From contig NC_043006.1 of NCBI RefSeq assembly GCF_006345805.1, positions 43,834,001 through 43,898,000 on the forward strand: 64,000 bases of DNA, given 5' to 3'. Of the stretch, positions 23,216 to 36,625 are shown one piece after another. A program made the position numbers and the translations under genes. The DNA is from Octopus sinensis (taxonomy: Eukaryota). Each line of letters begins with the position of its first letter. Position 1 is the first letter of the stretch. The notes under the pieces were generated by a model. It did no database searches and was not told the origin of the DNA. It worked only from the letters and a program-made list of their open reading frames with translations.

Positions 23216-25554
23216 AATTCCATAACCATCATTGTACTGCTACTGCTGCTGCATTAGTCAGCTAGAACCCTTAACAATAAGTGAGAATCCATCCTCTGTT
23301 GTTGAGATAGGGAGAATTATATTTAGTTGCTTGATTACAGTCAAAGAACATTGGTCAGAAAAACAAAGACTGAACATTACAAACCAATGGAGAAGAAAAG
23401 AGAGAGGAATGAGAGAGAGAATGAATGTAAGAAAGTGATTGGGTGAGTGATGGCGAGTGAGATTGATCAGTGCCAAATATCAAAAATTAAGGAGATAGAG
23501 AGACAACTTCGAGTTCTTGTCTGGTTGGTAAAGTAAGGTACTGAAGAAGAGAGATTTTTCACAGACACAATGCTCTTGGCTTACTTTCAAATATGTTACA
23601 GATCTGTGTTTATTGCATTACAATTTAGAAACTAACTTCAACCGCTTGGAATAACAACAGCTACAAAATAACATTAAAAACTAGATAAAATAGATTTATA
23701 TGTTGCACTTCTGTGTGAGAAAAATTGGACTGATATAAAATTTTTAACAATTTCACGACAGTTTTACCTATACCATCACTTACCTACGCAAGGTATTTAA
23801 ATGTCCACTCAGATGACATGGCCCAGGTTTAATGCTATTGCAGGAGAATTGGCATCTTTAATTCAAATTATATTTCATGAATTCCTGTCATACATTATTT
23901 CATTTGACTAGTTATGACAAATTAATTGTATTTTAATTTAATTTCAGTAGCAGTGAATGTTTACCTGCTGATCAAGCTCTACATGAAAGATGATTTGAAA
24001 AAAAAACCGAAATTTTCCACAAAAAAAAAGAGAGAGAAAAAAAACAGGAGAGAGAAAGAGAAAAGGAGAAAAACAGTGTGGTAGAGTACAATAATACTAA
24101 ATCATAGATGGATAAAGAAAGGTCATCTATTCGGCAATTAATTTTTTTTTAATCCCCATTAAAGAAACAATACAGAAACAATTTTCATTTAAAATAGTCA
24201 GCTTTCAAATAGCAAGTCAGCTAAACTCATTTTATGAAAAATTAAGTAAGTCAAATGAAAATCTGAACATTAAGACAAACAAACACATAACAATAGCTAA
24301 GGTTTCTATAGAAAATTTCACTTCTTGTAGTAGTGAGCATTTTTGTTTAGTCTTAACGGTTATTACTTCCAATGTAAGGCGAATGAGGAGTAGGTCTGGG
24401 TGTGAAAACTTATTAATTACTGCCTCCAAGAGAAAGAGAACAAAGAGAATTTCAATTCAGCAATCGAAGACAAAACTGTATTTACAATCAATAAAATGGT
24501 ATTCTTTAGTAAAAGAATTTCAAAGAGAGAAAGCAAAGTAGGAGACAGAGAGGCGGTGAATCTTGTTTTAACAAAATCTTGAAAATCAACAATCAAATTA
24601 ATAACAGCTAACTATTCTTCTTGTCCTTGTATTTCTTTTAATCACAACTCAAAGTCCTGCCACTAAATTCTCCAGAATAAAATGTTGCTATAGGAATTAA
24701 AGACATTGCATTCAACAGTTATTAATAAATAACATCGGAATTTATTCAATTAAAGAGTAGCAAGCTACCAGCAAAGACTGAACTTCTTTGCACTTCTTTG
24801 AAATTCTATGCCCAAGTCCTTGATATCGAGGATATCTAATAGCTGTAGGGCAGTTGAGGAACAAGCAACACATCTCAATTAGAATCTCTTGTTTAAAACA
24901 TTTGCCATTACAGAATGGCACTAGTGCTACAGCTGGAGTGGAATTACAGTTAACAAATATTAAAACAACCTACTACACGAGACATTTGTGTTTCAGCTGT
25001 TCTTAATTATTCTTATTTCATATGTCAAACAAAATACTTCAGACAAATTATTATCATTGTCATTGAAAACAGCAGCAGCAGGAGCAGCACGGTGTAGTAG
25101 TTTCATGCTAGCCACTGAGACAACAGTTTGTTTCTAAATATCATGATCCAACTCGATATCATTTGGAACATCACATATGACCAGCCTCATTCCAAGGCTT
25201 CGTTAATCTGTTTCTAGCCAGGTCTTCTCTCTTTTGTACTAACTCTAACCTATACTAATCAAATCTAACTACCTCACACCAAGCTTTACTCTTCCAGTTC
25301 TTTCCCTTCTCCTACAACTTACATACAGAGTTAACATTACAATGGAAGTAAACCGTAACATATCAATGTGACTTCTAAACTATACTCACCTTCAAAAGAC
25401 CATATACACATATACAAAGAGTATAGCTCTAATCCCAGTCACAATCCCATTTATGACTCTAAACACACACACACACACACACCTAAGTGCAACACCAGGC
25501 TCACACATGCTAAATAGCAACAACAGATAAAAATGTTATTGCAACTCAAAGCAC

Positions 25555-25995
25555 AAACCTGTTTAGTTGTTGTTCAGCTTCAAGTCAACCTTGTTTGCAC
25601 AAACCTATGCTCAAAGACACAACAACCATGACCGTCTCATCTATTCAGACACAGTATGTCAGGACTACATTATACAGGTGGGTGCAAAAGTAAGTATACA
25701 GTATCACATCAATGAATACTGAATTCATTAAAATTATTAACACATTAAATTAGTCTCATTTTTAATATTCTCACTGTCATTAATCATAATAATACTTTCA
25801 TAATAACTAAAAAAAGTTTTGATAAAAATAAATGAATATTGTACGTGTTTTCTTTTTTCATAATTGTATATCTATTTTTGCACCACCCTGTACATTATGT
25901 ATTTTTTTCTTTTAGAGATAGTGGTAGATGTTTTGAAGGAGATTTAGCTTCTATTTCAAGCAGAGTGAGTGGCATGTAGTGGTTTCATTTCTGGC
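25555..25995 (+). mobile_element. Older interspersed repeat split by the Tc1/mariner MITE at 25675
   Basis: gttgttcagcttcaagtcaacc...cctatgctcaaagac...ggactacatta | MITE | ...gaaggagatttagcttctatttcaagcag; related fragments at ~58860-58915, ~59010 and ~60750. Confidence 0.5.
25675..25890. mobile_element. Tc1/mariner-type MITE (216 bp) with TA target duplication
   Basis: TA-CAGGTGGGTGCAAAAGTAAGTATACAGT on the left; the right end reverse-complements to TA-CAGGGTGGTGCAAAAATAGATATACAAT. Confidence 0.85.
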
Positions 25996-27461
25996 TCATT
26001 GCATACATAGTACTAATGTCAGATATACACATGAATAATTTGCAATACCAGACACATATTTCAAGACATTATGTATATATTCATGGTCAGAAACTCAGCT
26101 AATGACCAAAAACTTAAACAGCAATGAAAACATTTAATGTAAAGGTGGACGGGCAAAAACTAAAACTACAATTAAGTGTAAAAAAATCCGGGAATAATCC
26201 GGAATATCGACTTAGTATCGAATACTTAAATAATTCATTAGTTTCTCCCACACTGAGACAGTAAATGGAGCTTGCCAGATCAGTTGAAACCCATCAGATT
26301 TAGGATGTCCGTTGTTGCTTGGTCTAACAGGAGGAAAGTAGACAGCAGCAAGCAGGCTTCATCTTTTAAAACTATTATTTAAATCACAGGGTCGAAAGCA
26401 GAGATTAAACGCAGATTCTAAATCCTCTACACGCTGCATGGATTAATATGATGGAAGTCAATTAGATGATAGAAAACAGTCAAGAGCAATTTCACACACA
26501 GATGGGCTCATTTTAAGGTTTGGTGGAACTGATGTAGGGATGTAGTGGTGGGGAGGAATGCTTCTGCTGCTGTTGCTGTTGTTGTTGCTAATGCTGGTGT
26601 TGGGACTGATCAATACTTTGGAAACTGGGCAACTAATTCAGAAGCAGTTCTATAACACTTCTGCTGCTGCTTCCAATATAAGAACAAAAAAATATTCAAG
26701 AGAAAAAAAAAGGTGGGGGGGGGGGAATATTGTCAGGAGAATACACACAAGTACACACGCCACACACATACACCAAAGCTATTATTTGATTATATCCTCA
26801 AGTTTGAATATAATTTGAAGCAAAGCAACACCAAAGTCTATATCGCTCTTGGACAATAATCCTCAGTGCTAAAGAATGAGAACGATCCTTTGAAAATTGC
26901 AGTAATAGTCACTTTGATCTGTGTAGTTGCCTTATCTGATTGCAGTTCAATCAGAAAACATTAATCAGTTTTCACTCATATGCCATTATTGATCCTCGAC
27001 AGTGGAAGAGGTGTTTGGTGGGGAACAGCAAAAAAATATTCAGCTAGATTGTCTATAGGAAAAATTGCTAAAACAGTATTCTTTACATTAAATGTATAGC
27101 AGAAAAGAAAGAAACATCAAGTAGCACCAGAACATAATGGCCAGTATTAAAGAATGTTTTAGCAGAGTGTTCAGCCAATATAGAGAAGCAGGACGTCCAT
27201 ATGTCTAGAGAGTGAGAGAGACTACACTGGATTTAGCTGCATTATATTTTAAAATCATCTGAAGATGCGCAAAGAATAATAATAATTATAAAAAAATATA
27301 TATATATATGAAAATAAAAACTATTAAAATAGCGCAAACCAGACATCCAACTAATACAAATGAATAATTAATATATGATCCATTTGTTTCATGCAAACAA
27401 ACTAGCAATATGAAAATAAACCACCACCATCACCACTCTTGCCAATACCTCATGATACGAA

Positions 27462-27495
<34 letters not shown>

Positions 27496-28099
27496 GGCTA
27501 TTTATTCCTAAGTCAGAAATTAAGAAACTTGTGATGGTTCATTTGCCCAACTCTTCTAAATTCAGATACTCGGATAAACTAACTTCGAGCTACAATTATT
27601 CTGGTTACCGATAGCCGAAAACAACGAATTTGTACTATTTTTCCCTTCGAAACATGCCAATCAACTAATTAAATAAATGAATAAAATTGAACGGAATTGA
27701 ATAAAATAAAATAAAATTTAAAACAATAAATATTACCGAGTGGGGAAGGAGAAAAGAAAAAATTAAACGTTGAGCATGAAGCATAAATATGTAATGGATA
27801 GGCTTTATGAAACGACTACAGAAGCAATTCTGTTTAACTGCTATTAACCACAAATCAGACATCGAAACAGAGGGTGTGGTTGGGGCAGGGCAGAGGTAAT
27901 GAGGTGGGGTATGTAGTCAATCATTCGTTCTTTTATTTTTGTTGTTGTTGTTTTTGTTGTTGTCGTCGTCTTTTTTAAAACTAATAAATTGTGAAGGATT
28001 TATTTGCGTTTTACCAGCCTCACCCATCAAGTAAACAGCACTAACTATACATTTACTGACAGAAACTATTAAAGTGGCTAATATGTACTCTGAAACTAA

Positions 28100-28481
28100 T
28101 TTTCTGGAAAACACAAGGCATAAAGAGAGAGAGAGAGAGAGGAAGAGAGAGAGACAGACAGACACACAAAAATCAAATTTACTTTGCTATGGAAGAAGAG
28201 AATGAAAAATGGTGTGGAAGGAATGAAAGGAAAAAGAAAGAATAAGAGAGAGAGAGTGAAAAATGGAAGAGAAAGGACGAAGGCTAAACAAAATAAAAAC
28301 AAAAAAAAGAACACAAAATAAATAAAAAATGGAGGAATGAAAGAAAGAGATGAATGAAGAAAGAAATAAGAAAAAGCAACAGGAAAATGAAAGAACAAAA
28401 GAAAGAAAATAATGACAAAAAGATTGACAAAAAGAACAGGTAGGAAGGAAGGAAGGAAATATAGGAAAGAAATAGTTAAAG

Positions 28482-28523
<42 letters not shown>

Positions 28524-28700
28524 AGGAGCAAATGATGTGACAGAAAACTGATAGAAAGATGGGAACCAAGTCTGTGACTACAAGTGTAATGGACAATATT
28601 TGAAGAGACAGATCCTTTCTTTATAAATGTAAAGAGGAAGGAAAAGAAAGAGACAAGAGTCTAAGGAGGGATGAAATTATAATTGTAATCTTTGTCTAGG
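28100..28700. repeat. Polypurine (GA/GAA-rich) low-complexity tract
   Basis: Nearly all A/G on the plus strand, including (GA)n runs. Confidence 0.85.
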
Positions 28701-29185
28701 CAAGACACCTGAACTTCTGTGATGTGGTGTAGCACATGTGCACGCACGCGCATGTATGTGTGTTTAGAATGCCTATGTGTGAGTGAAATCCTATTAGAGA
28801 GATTCCAGTTCAAGACTAGCATCATTTCACTGGCTAATGGAATTTAATTTAACAAGAGTTCCACAAGGTCTGTGGCAATAGCTGCAGGAATGAGATGGCA
28901 GCATGTTTCTAATAGACTTCTAATGAGTGGGAGGAGCTTCAGAAAATGAGGTGGGGGGGGGGTGTAAATCTAATCAAGTTGTTGTAGTGAGTGTGTGAGA
29001 GGAATCATCAGAAATGGAGAGGGTGTGTCTGTGTGTATCCAAAAACAAATAAAAAAAGGGTTTGTTATGGATGGGAGAAACAGCAAGAAAATAAGAGGAA
29101 CTTCTGTCTTAATAAAAGGATTTTGAATGTCATGCAACAATGTGGGGAAATTTTTTGTTTGTGATAAAAATAGAAGAGTTAAATA

Positions 29186-29538
29186 GTGGTGGTCATAAGA
29201 GGATTTCAAACTGAAGTGACAAATAACCAGTCTTATGCTAATAGTAGATGCAATGGCCTGCTGCTGCAAAGATAGCTAATTGGTTCTGAAGAATACATGT
29301 TTTAGATGTATAAGAAGGCACCAGCTTGCAAGATACAAAAGAATTAAGTTGTGGTGGTCATAAGAGGATTTCAAACTGAGGTGGCAAATAACTATTTTTT
29401 TTTTTTTTTTTGCTAATAGTAGATGTAATAGTTCACTGCAGGCAAAAGGGCCAATTGGTCCTGGAGGAGTAGTTCTACCCTCAGCTAAAATGCATTATTT
29501 GGATGTATAAATAGGCACAAGCTTGCAAGGGACACAGC
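29186..29538 (+). repeat. Two-copy tandem duplication, period about 165 bp
   Basis: gtggtggtcataagaggatttcaaactga at 29186 and 29351; gctaatagtagatg, aattggt, gatgtataa and agcttgcaag are shared in order. Confidence 0.85.
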
Positions 29539-29796
29539 TATGTTGGAAAAAGAGGGAAATAAAACAGTAAAACAGATGTATGCATTTAACCTTGGCCCCT
29601 TTCATACCAACCTGTCTGAAATTGACTTTTAGTTTTAAGGTACAAACTCCATTTCAAAATGATCGTAATAAAAAAAAAATCTTCCATCGAAGTTGCATGT
29701 AAATTTGTTCCAAACAATATTATTTTAATAAAAAAAAGAAAATTATTATTATTTTCAAAATGGATTGAAATGAAGGTAGTGTATTTCAACAGAAAT

Positions 29797-29974
29797 AGGT
29801 GCAGGAGTGGCTGTGTGGTAAGTAGCTTGCTTGCCAACCACATGGTCTCGGGTTCAGTTCCACTGCGTGGCACCTTGGGCAAGTGTCTTCTACTATAGTG
29901 TCGGGCCAACCAAAGCCTTGTGAGTGGATTTGGTAGATGGAAAGTGAAAGAAGCCCGTCATATATGTATATGTA

Positions 29975-30023
<49 letters not shown>

Positions 30024-30223
30024 TGTCCCACCAACATCGCTTGACAACTGATGCTGGTGTGTTTACATCCCTGTAACTTAGCAGTTCAGCAAAAGAGACC
30101 AATAGAATAAGTACTAGGCTTACAAAGAATAAGTCTTGGGGGTCGATTTGCTCAACTAAAAGCGGTGCTCCAGCATGGCCACAGTCAAAATGACTGAAAC
30201 AAGTAAAAGAGTAAAAAAGTAAA
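29797..30223 (+). mobile_element. Family A tRNA-derived SINE, best-preserved copy
   Basis: A-box-like ggctgtgtggtaag, B-box-like gggttcagttcc, CORE-like accttgggcaagtg, internal (TG)n, tail gtaaaagagtaaaa. Confidence 0.93.
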
Positions 30224-31655
30224 CAAGAGGGTTAAACAGACATTATTGGTTATATGTGTAATACAAATTTCTCTCTTCCTTCAAGAGCCTGACAAAATGC
30301 AAAGAATTATATGGTATGATACACCAACATCTTCAAAGGTAACAATATATTCTGTAGATTCTTCATCATCACATGAAATAAAATTGCTGAGAGAATTCTT
30401 ACAAATGAAACGGGACACTTTCTATCTAGCAATCAGAATTGGAGAACAATCAAAGGAGAGAGAACAGAGTCGAGAAGAATGGATATATGATACAGGAATG
30501 AAAATCATAGGCTACTTACTATTTATGCCATAAGAATTCTTCAGTTAAAAATAAAAATAAATAAAAAACATTGGAAGGAAATCCAAACATTAAGTCCGTA
30601 AAGAACTATCTGATAACAGAAATAAGTCCACTAAAGCTCTAGTCTAATATGATCAAAATTGACACATAACTACTAATATTAACACAGTGTTTCTTAACTA
30701 TTTTAGAAGACCGCATTTCTTTGACTACCAAAATATATTCTCAGAGATATTGCTTTTGCAAAAAGTGCTAAACCACAAATATCAAAACATTTATTCATTA
30801 AAAGTTTAATTAACTTTTTTTTTTACCATTGTTGATATTGATTAATAGTTCAAAATTATATTTAATACTTTCGATAACTTAATTTTCAAAACAAACCGTA
30901 TTTATTGAAACTTACATTTAATAAAATATATTTATTTAGAAAATTTGATTGTTTACAATAAGCTTAAATTAAAATTATTCATAACAAAAACTTAAAATAA
31001 AATACACAAAACAGGCAATGCTATGTATAGAAATATAAAAATAGACATCTTACACTTTTAAGAGTGTGAACATTGCTACTTTTGCAAAGGAAACTTTCAC
31101 AAAGTTGTTGCTTTTTAGGCCCAATACCAGCCAATACCAATACCAGAAAATCTATGATAAAAGTTATTATTCTAGTTATGATTATCCCATCATTTTACCC
31201 TACTCCCAGACATCTGGGACTGCATCCTTTTTTTCTTTTAAGATGAGGATGTATGACTTAAGAGAAATTTGGTATCCATTACGAAAATGTGGAGTGATGA
31301 CATAGGTTTTTCCATATTCCATAAAGCCTGAAACTGAAGTCTATAAACCAGAAAATTTCCAAACATTAAAACAGTCAGAGATCAGCCATCATCACATTAT
31401 TATCATCACTTAACGTCCGTCTTTCAAAGATGTTGCCAGCAAAATCAATTTCTCCAAGGACAACTTCCATAAGTTCAAAAACCCATGGTTTAATGATACT
31501 GCTATGATAAACACCATACAGTGTGTGTTTCTTGATGAATGTAGGTCTGGAGTGGGTGCTTTTTGATACAATACTCTAATCTAACAAGCAACAACTATAT
31601 TCCTAGTTTGCGATATATTTGACAATTTAACCTGTTTTGACCAATGAGAATTGTC

Positions 31656-32134
31656 TTAACCCTTTTGTTACTGTATTTATTTTGAGATGCTCTGTTTCTT
31701 TCAATTAATTTTAAATATAACAAAGAATTTAGTAAAATAACTTAGTTATCATTAAGCTTAGTGTTAGGAACATAAATTGTGACTAAGGTTTGGTGGAAGA
31801 TTTTACTTCAAAACTTATGAAAACAAGACATTTGTACTACAGAGCCAGAGTTGGTTTCAGCCGAGTTGGTAACAAAAGGGTTAAGAATTGTTTCTATATT
31901 ATATATTTTAACCCTTTTGTTACCAAATTTTTGTTGAGATGCTCTGTGTTTCTTTCAATAAATTTTAAATATAACAAAGAATTTAGTAAAATAACTTAGC
32001 TATCATTAAGCTAGTTAGGAACTTAAATTGTGACTAAGGCTTGGTGGAAGATTTTAATTCAAAACTTATGAAAACAAGACATATGTACTCAGAGCCAGAG
32101 CCGGGTTCAGCCGGGTTGGTATCAAAAGGGTTAA
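31656..32134 (+). mobile_element. piggyBac-like MITE family P1: head-to-tail dimer with 23-nt spacer
   Basis: TTAA-CCCTTTTGTTAC...GTAACAAAAGGG-TTAA (31656-31884), spacer 31885-31907, TTAA-CCCTTTTGTTAC...TCAAAAGGG-TTAA (31908-32134). TTAA plus CCC/GGG ends are piggyBac hallmarks. Confidence 0.92.
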
Positions 32135-34739
32135 GCAGTGCTCTGTCACATTCAGCATTTTATTAACCAAGTATTGTCTGAACACACATACACACACACA
32201 CCACACACATTATGACCAGGGAGCCAGGAAAACCACAGTTCAAATGAGTACTCAATACATGTGTTGGGTAGAATAGATATATTCATCAGCAAATAACACT
32301 GTGGAGAGCTCAGTCCATGGATTCAGCACTCTATAGAACTAACTGCTAATTAAAACAGACAGATATACATACATGCATATATATGCAACTAAACACACAC
32401 ATATATATGCAATGTGTGTATATGCATGTGTGTGCACATGCATGTGCATACTTGTGTGCAGCAGCATATTTAACTTTAAAATGACACAGCATTACATTGA
32501 TTACAATTAGTCATAAATCAAAAATGAAGATTATGTTAAGATCTGTTAAAAGCATCCTGGGACAAACTGAAATTTATAAGTTAAGAATCTACATAATTTG
32601 ACCTGGTAAATGTTTTCCCATTAGCCTCTCTTTTATATATATATAAATTATTTCAATACCAAAATTAAAAACCAGCAAACAATGGGGAAAATGAAATAAC
32701 AAAACCTCCTTCCTAAGTTCATGTTAGGTACAAAACATGTTTAAGCAGAAAATGTCTATGTATTCTACTGGGGTTATTTTATTCTTTTCTCTCTTTGTAA
32801 CAGATAACAAAGAAATATATGTAGGGTATTCATAATATTTATCCGAAACTGGAATATAGATCTGCAATCTGCTTTCATGGGGCTGGTTCTAAATTCAATT
32901 CATACATTTTTATTGTAAATAAAAACTAGAAGTACAATGGAGGATAAAAGTCACGTTCAGTTTAATTTGGTGAAGAGACACTAATTATTCCAACTGTGAG
33001 GTAGAAGATCAAAGATCAAGAAAGTCAATTCTATATTTTAATCCTCCGTTGATCTGAGAAGAATATTAAAGAGAAATTGACATTTACATGAAGCTGCAAA
33101 CAACAACAGACCAACAGCAACAACACAATATGAGATGAAATTATACTAAACGAAGCAACTAGGAGGATCTTAACAATTTGTTACAATATTCATGGGAAGC
33201 ATTCCATTTAGAAAATTAAAAAAATTTATTTATTCATTTTTCCTTTCAAACAATTCATGTCCTGAATTTAGAATTACTTTCTACAAAAATATAAATAACT
33301 TATTTTTCTCGTTTTTAGCTTCTTTTTATATGAAGTTAAAAGGCAATAAACAAAATATCAATTTATTATGCAGATAATTTAAGTTTTGCTAACTCACAAA
33401 ACAATAACTACCCCCACAAGGTTCAAATAAACGTTACACGACACAAACTTCAAACCAATTATGGTTTTCTTTGGGCATTTCTAAAATCAATTTAATGTTA
33501 TTTCTCAAGAACATTTGTCTCAAGAGCCAACAATGGTATTTATTCTGATGCATCATTCCTGTTTTTATCTAATTAATTCATAGAGCCAATTATATTAACT
33601 TTTTCAGCAGATGGATGCAAGTGAGAGCCATTGGCTGTATTTAAAAGTGGTAAAACAAAAAGTACAATAGCAAAGAACAGTTGTTTCAGGTAGACTTCTC
33701 AAATCTCAAATATTTCCTATTCATATTTCACACTAATAATTGAATAATGGAGACAAAAATTGACTGCGATGCAAGTTTAAACATCAATAAATATCTGCAT
33801 TGAGAACAATACTTTTACTTTTCATAAATATTCACTTTGTATTTGTTTTGTACTGAAATTCGATTTTGTCACAGCCTCATCAAATAGCAGAGGTAGGTGG
33901 AGCGACTAATAAATTGATAGCATGACAGACTTTATAAGAGAAGGGAGAATTAGGGACTTGTGGGCCCAACATGGGATTCTATAATTAGATCAGAGCTGAT
34001 AAAGGGAAAAGACATATTTGTGGATAAACTGCCCTAAATACCAATAAGGTGAATAATGAAATACAAGCCTGACAAAATGTTCAGTTTGTGGATAAATATA
34101 TTTGCAGAAAGAAGAGGTGGGTAAGGATAATTAGTGAATGTCTGTGTAGTGTAAATGGAATAAATGACTAGCAAGAAATGGCCCTCTTGAATCTGTAATC
34201 ATTGTAACAGGCATCAAACAAATGTGCATTAGTCATGAATGGTCACGGACAGTAGCTTTGCCTGTGCCAATCACAGAAGGATGGAGATCAGAAATTTAAA
34301 TGTATGAATAATAATTCAGGAATGGTCTAAGTTGGCTGAAGAATAAAACAATATCTAGTTCTAAAAAATGAGAGGAAATTCTTCTTTTGGCTGTTATTAT
34401 ATTTTAGGCATATATGGGACCAAACTACAATTGATCCCGTATATTCCTAAAATATAATAACGGCCAACTCTTCAAGCTTTCTCTGACACCATTCACTATT
34501 CTCATTTATATTCCGTGTTCCCTGTGTTCTCAGAGTCTCACAGATGTTGCCAAACTGCCTTACCATTTCCCCATCATCAAGATGCCTCAATCAAAGGCTA
34601 AATAAATAACCTGCCTCACTACCACCACTGATAAATATCTAATGCAATATATAAAGCCAGATTTGTTGTTCTTTAGCTTTTTAGCATTTAGATTACTCTG
34701 CCTAATGTAATGCTTCATCTCAAAACCTCAAGACTTTGA

Positions 34740-34855
34740 TGATGTTATTGTAGATATTTAGAATGGGATTGTAGGATAGAGGCCAGATCTGACCAGTTTG
34801 AACATAAAACAAGTAGAATATTTAGACTGGATATGGTCATTTTAAATGCTTAACA
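34740..34855 (-). mobile_element. MITE family P2 fragment
   Basis: attgtaggatagaggccagatctgaccagtttgaacataaaacaagtagaatattt is the reverse complement of the P2 left half. Confidence 0.7.
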
Positions 34856-34859
34856 TTCA

Positions 34860-35468
34860 GTGTCGCATGACCGGCAAGTTTAAATAGGACCCTTCAATAT
34901 TCAGGCAATATGCTGTGCTTGAGAAGACCTGTTGAGTCAAGTGAAACCATTGTCAGGGCCAATGCCAGTGCTGCTTGACTGGCACCTATGCTGGTGGAAT
35001 GTAGAAAGCACCACTGAAGCATGACCAATGCTAGTGGCACATAAAAAGCACCATTCGAGCATGGTCAATGCCAGGGCTGCCTAATTGGCACCCGTGCTGG
35101 TGGCATGTAAAAGGCACCATTCGAGTGTGGCCAATACCAGTGCTGGTGGCATGTAAAAAAACACCATTCAAGAATGGTAAATGCCAGTGCTGCCTGACTT
35201 GTTCTCGTGCCAGTGGCACATAAAAATCACCATTCGAGCATGGTCAATACCAGTGCTGCCTAACTAGCTCCTGTACTGGTGGCATGTAAAAAGCACCCAC
35301 TACACTCTCGGGAGTGGTTGGCATTAGGAAAGGCATCTAGCTGTAGAAATCTTGCTAGATCAGATTGGAACCTGGTGCAGCCTCCTGGCTTGCCAGTCCT
35401 CAGGCAAACCGTCCAACCCATGCCAGCATAGAAAGCAAACAAATGATGATGGTGATGATGATGATAAT
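34860..35468 (+). mobile_element. Family C retroposon with internal array of six imperfect repeats and (GAT)n tail
   Basis: Repeat core tgctggtggcatgtaaaaagcacc at about 34990, 35028, 35095, 35141, 35207 and 35274; 3' module ggttggcattaggaaaggcatc...ccaacccatgccagcat...atgatgatg shared with 44140 and 61985. Confidence 0.85.
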
Positions 35469-35544
35469 GAAACATTTATTTATCCATATTGTTTTGAATT
35501 TATCGTATGTCATCTTGTAACTTTGACATTTCAATTATGTGTCT

Positions 35545-35665
35545 GTATGTTTTTTTAGACTAACATTGTAGGGTAGGCGCGAGAGGCTGGATCTAGCCAT
35601 TTGAATATAAAACAGGCAGAATATGGTGGCCGGATATAGCCAATTTAAATGCTAAAAGGTTTTTA
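35545..35665 (-). mobile_element. MITE family P2 fragment
   Basis: acattgtagggtaggcgcgagaggctggatctagccatttgaatataaaacaggcagaatat...ggccggatatagcc...tttaaatgctaaaagg. Confidence 0.75.
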
Positions 35666-36302
35666 AAGAAGGGAAGGGACACATTCAATTGTATAATCCT
35701 AAGTATGTGAAAAAGATGAGATGGCCATGGTTGGATGCTGTTTCTCATAGGTTTGATGGAGCCATGTTTGGGCAACCCAACAGCAACATATGTAAAGTAC
35801 TGACAACAACATACCAACATCATGATAAAAATACACCGAAAATCCAAAATGACAATGGGACTAATCAATAAAAGAAGGCATTGAAACCTTCCTTGTCCTT
35901 CTGATATCAATAGCTCCAGTGGAATGTGTGCGTGTGTGGTGTGTGTGTGTGTGTGTGTGTAAGGTGAAACTTGGTAAGTTTTTTTATAGTGCTATGAAAA
36001 GCATCCTGCAAGTCAAACAGCCAATTCTATTTACCACCACTCTCACCCCAACACATACAAGATTTGGAGAACCAATATCTGTCTCCTTCCTTCTTCCACT
36101 CCAGCTGTGTGTGTGTGTGTGTGTGTGTAAGCGTCATTGGTCAAATATTTCCCTTTCTTGGTATCAGGTCTGACATATTTTAGCATAAACACCGTTGTTA
36201 TTAGGGTTGCGTATATTGACAAAGGTTTTAGAAAGGAGCATGTGCTTGTTTGAAAAGGTGTGAACGCAAACACAGAGGTGAGTGCATACGTGCACAGAGG
36301 TG

Positions 36303-36340
<38 letters not shown>

Positions 36341-36399
36341 CGTGTGCACACGTGCCAAAATGATAAGTGTATAGGCATATGCTTGCACGTCAGTGCATG

Positions 36400-36625
36400 T
36401 GAAGAGGGAGGGGAAGAAGGGGAGAGGGAAGAGGAGAAAGGAAGAAGGGGAGGTGGGTGAGACGTGGAGGAGGAAGAGAAGGGTAGAGGAGGAATAGAGG
36501 AAAGGAGGAGGAAGAGAAGAGAGGTAGAGGAGGAATAGAGAAGGGGAGGAGGTAGGGGGAAGTGGAAGGAGGTAGAGGAGAAAGTAGGAAGGGGAGGAAA
36601 TGGATTGAGGAGGAGGAGGAGTGCA
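36400..36625. repeat. Polypurine (GA-rich) tract
   Basis: Almost exclusively G/A on the plus strand. Confidence 0.85.

Noticed and set aside
24903-24925. aatggcact seed similar to the miR-183/263 family
   Set aside because: Seed only, within a 7-bp mini-hairpin; the rest of the mature sequence does not match.
30246-30533. 95-aa non-repetitive ORF next to a SINE
   Set aside because: Starts at TTG, no recognisable domain; the possible 53-nt exon inside has only weak support.
33990-34042. Hammerhead-like ctgataaaggg...ccctaaat
   Set aside because: Both catalytic boxes (CTGANGA and GAAA) are broken.
34985-35300. CRISPR array
   Set aside because: Eukaryotic context, no cas genes, spacers homologous to each other, and embedded in a SINE-like element with a (GAT)n tail.
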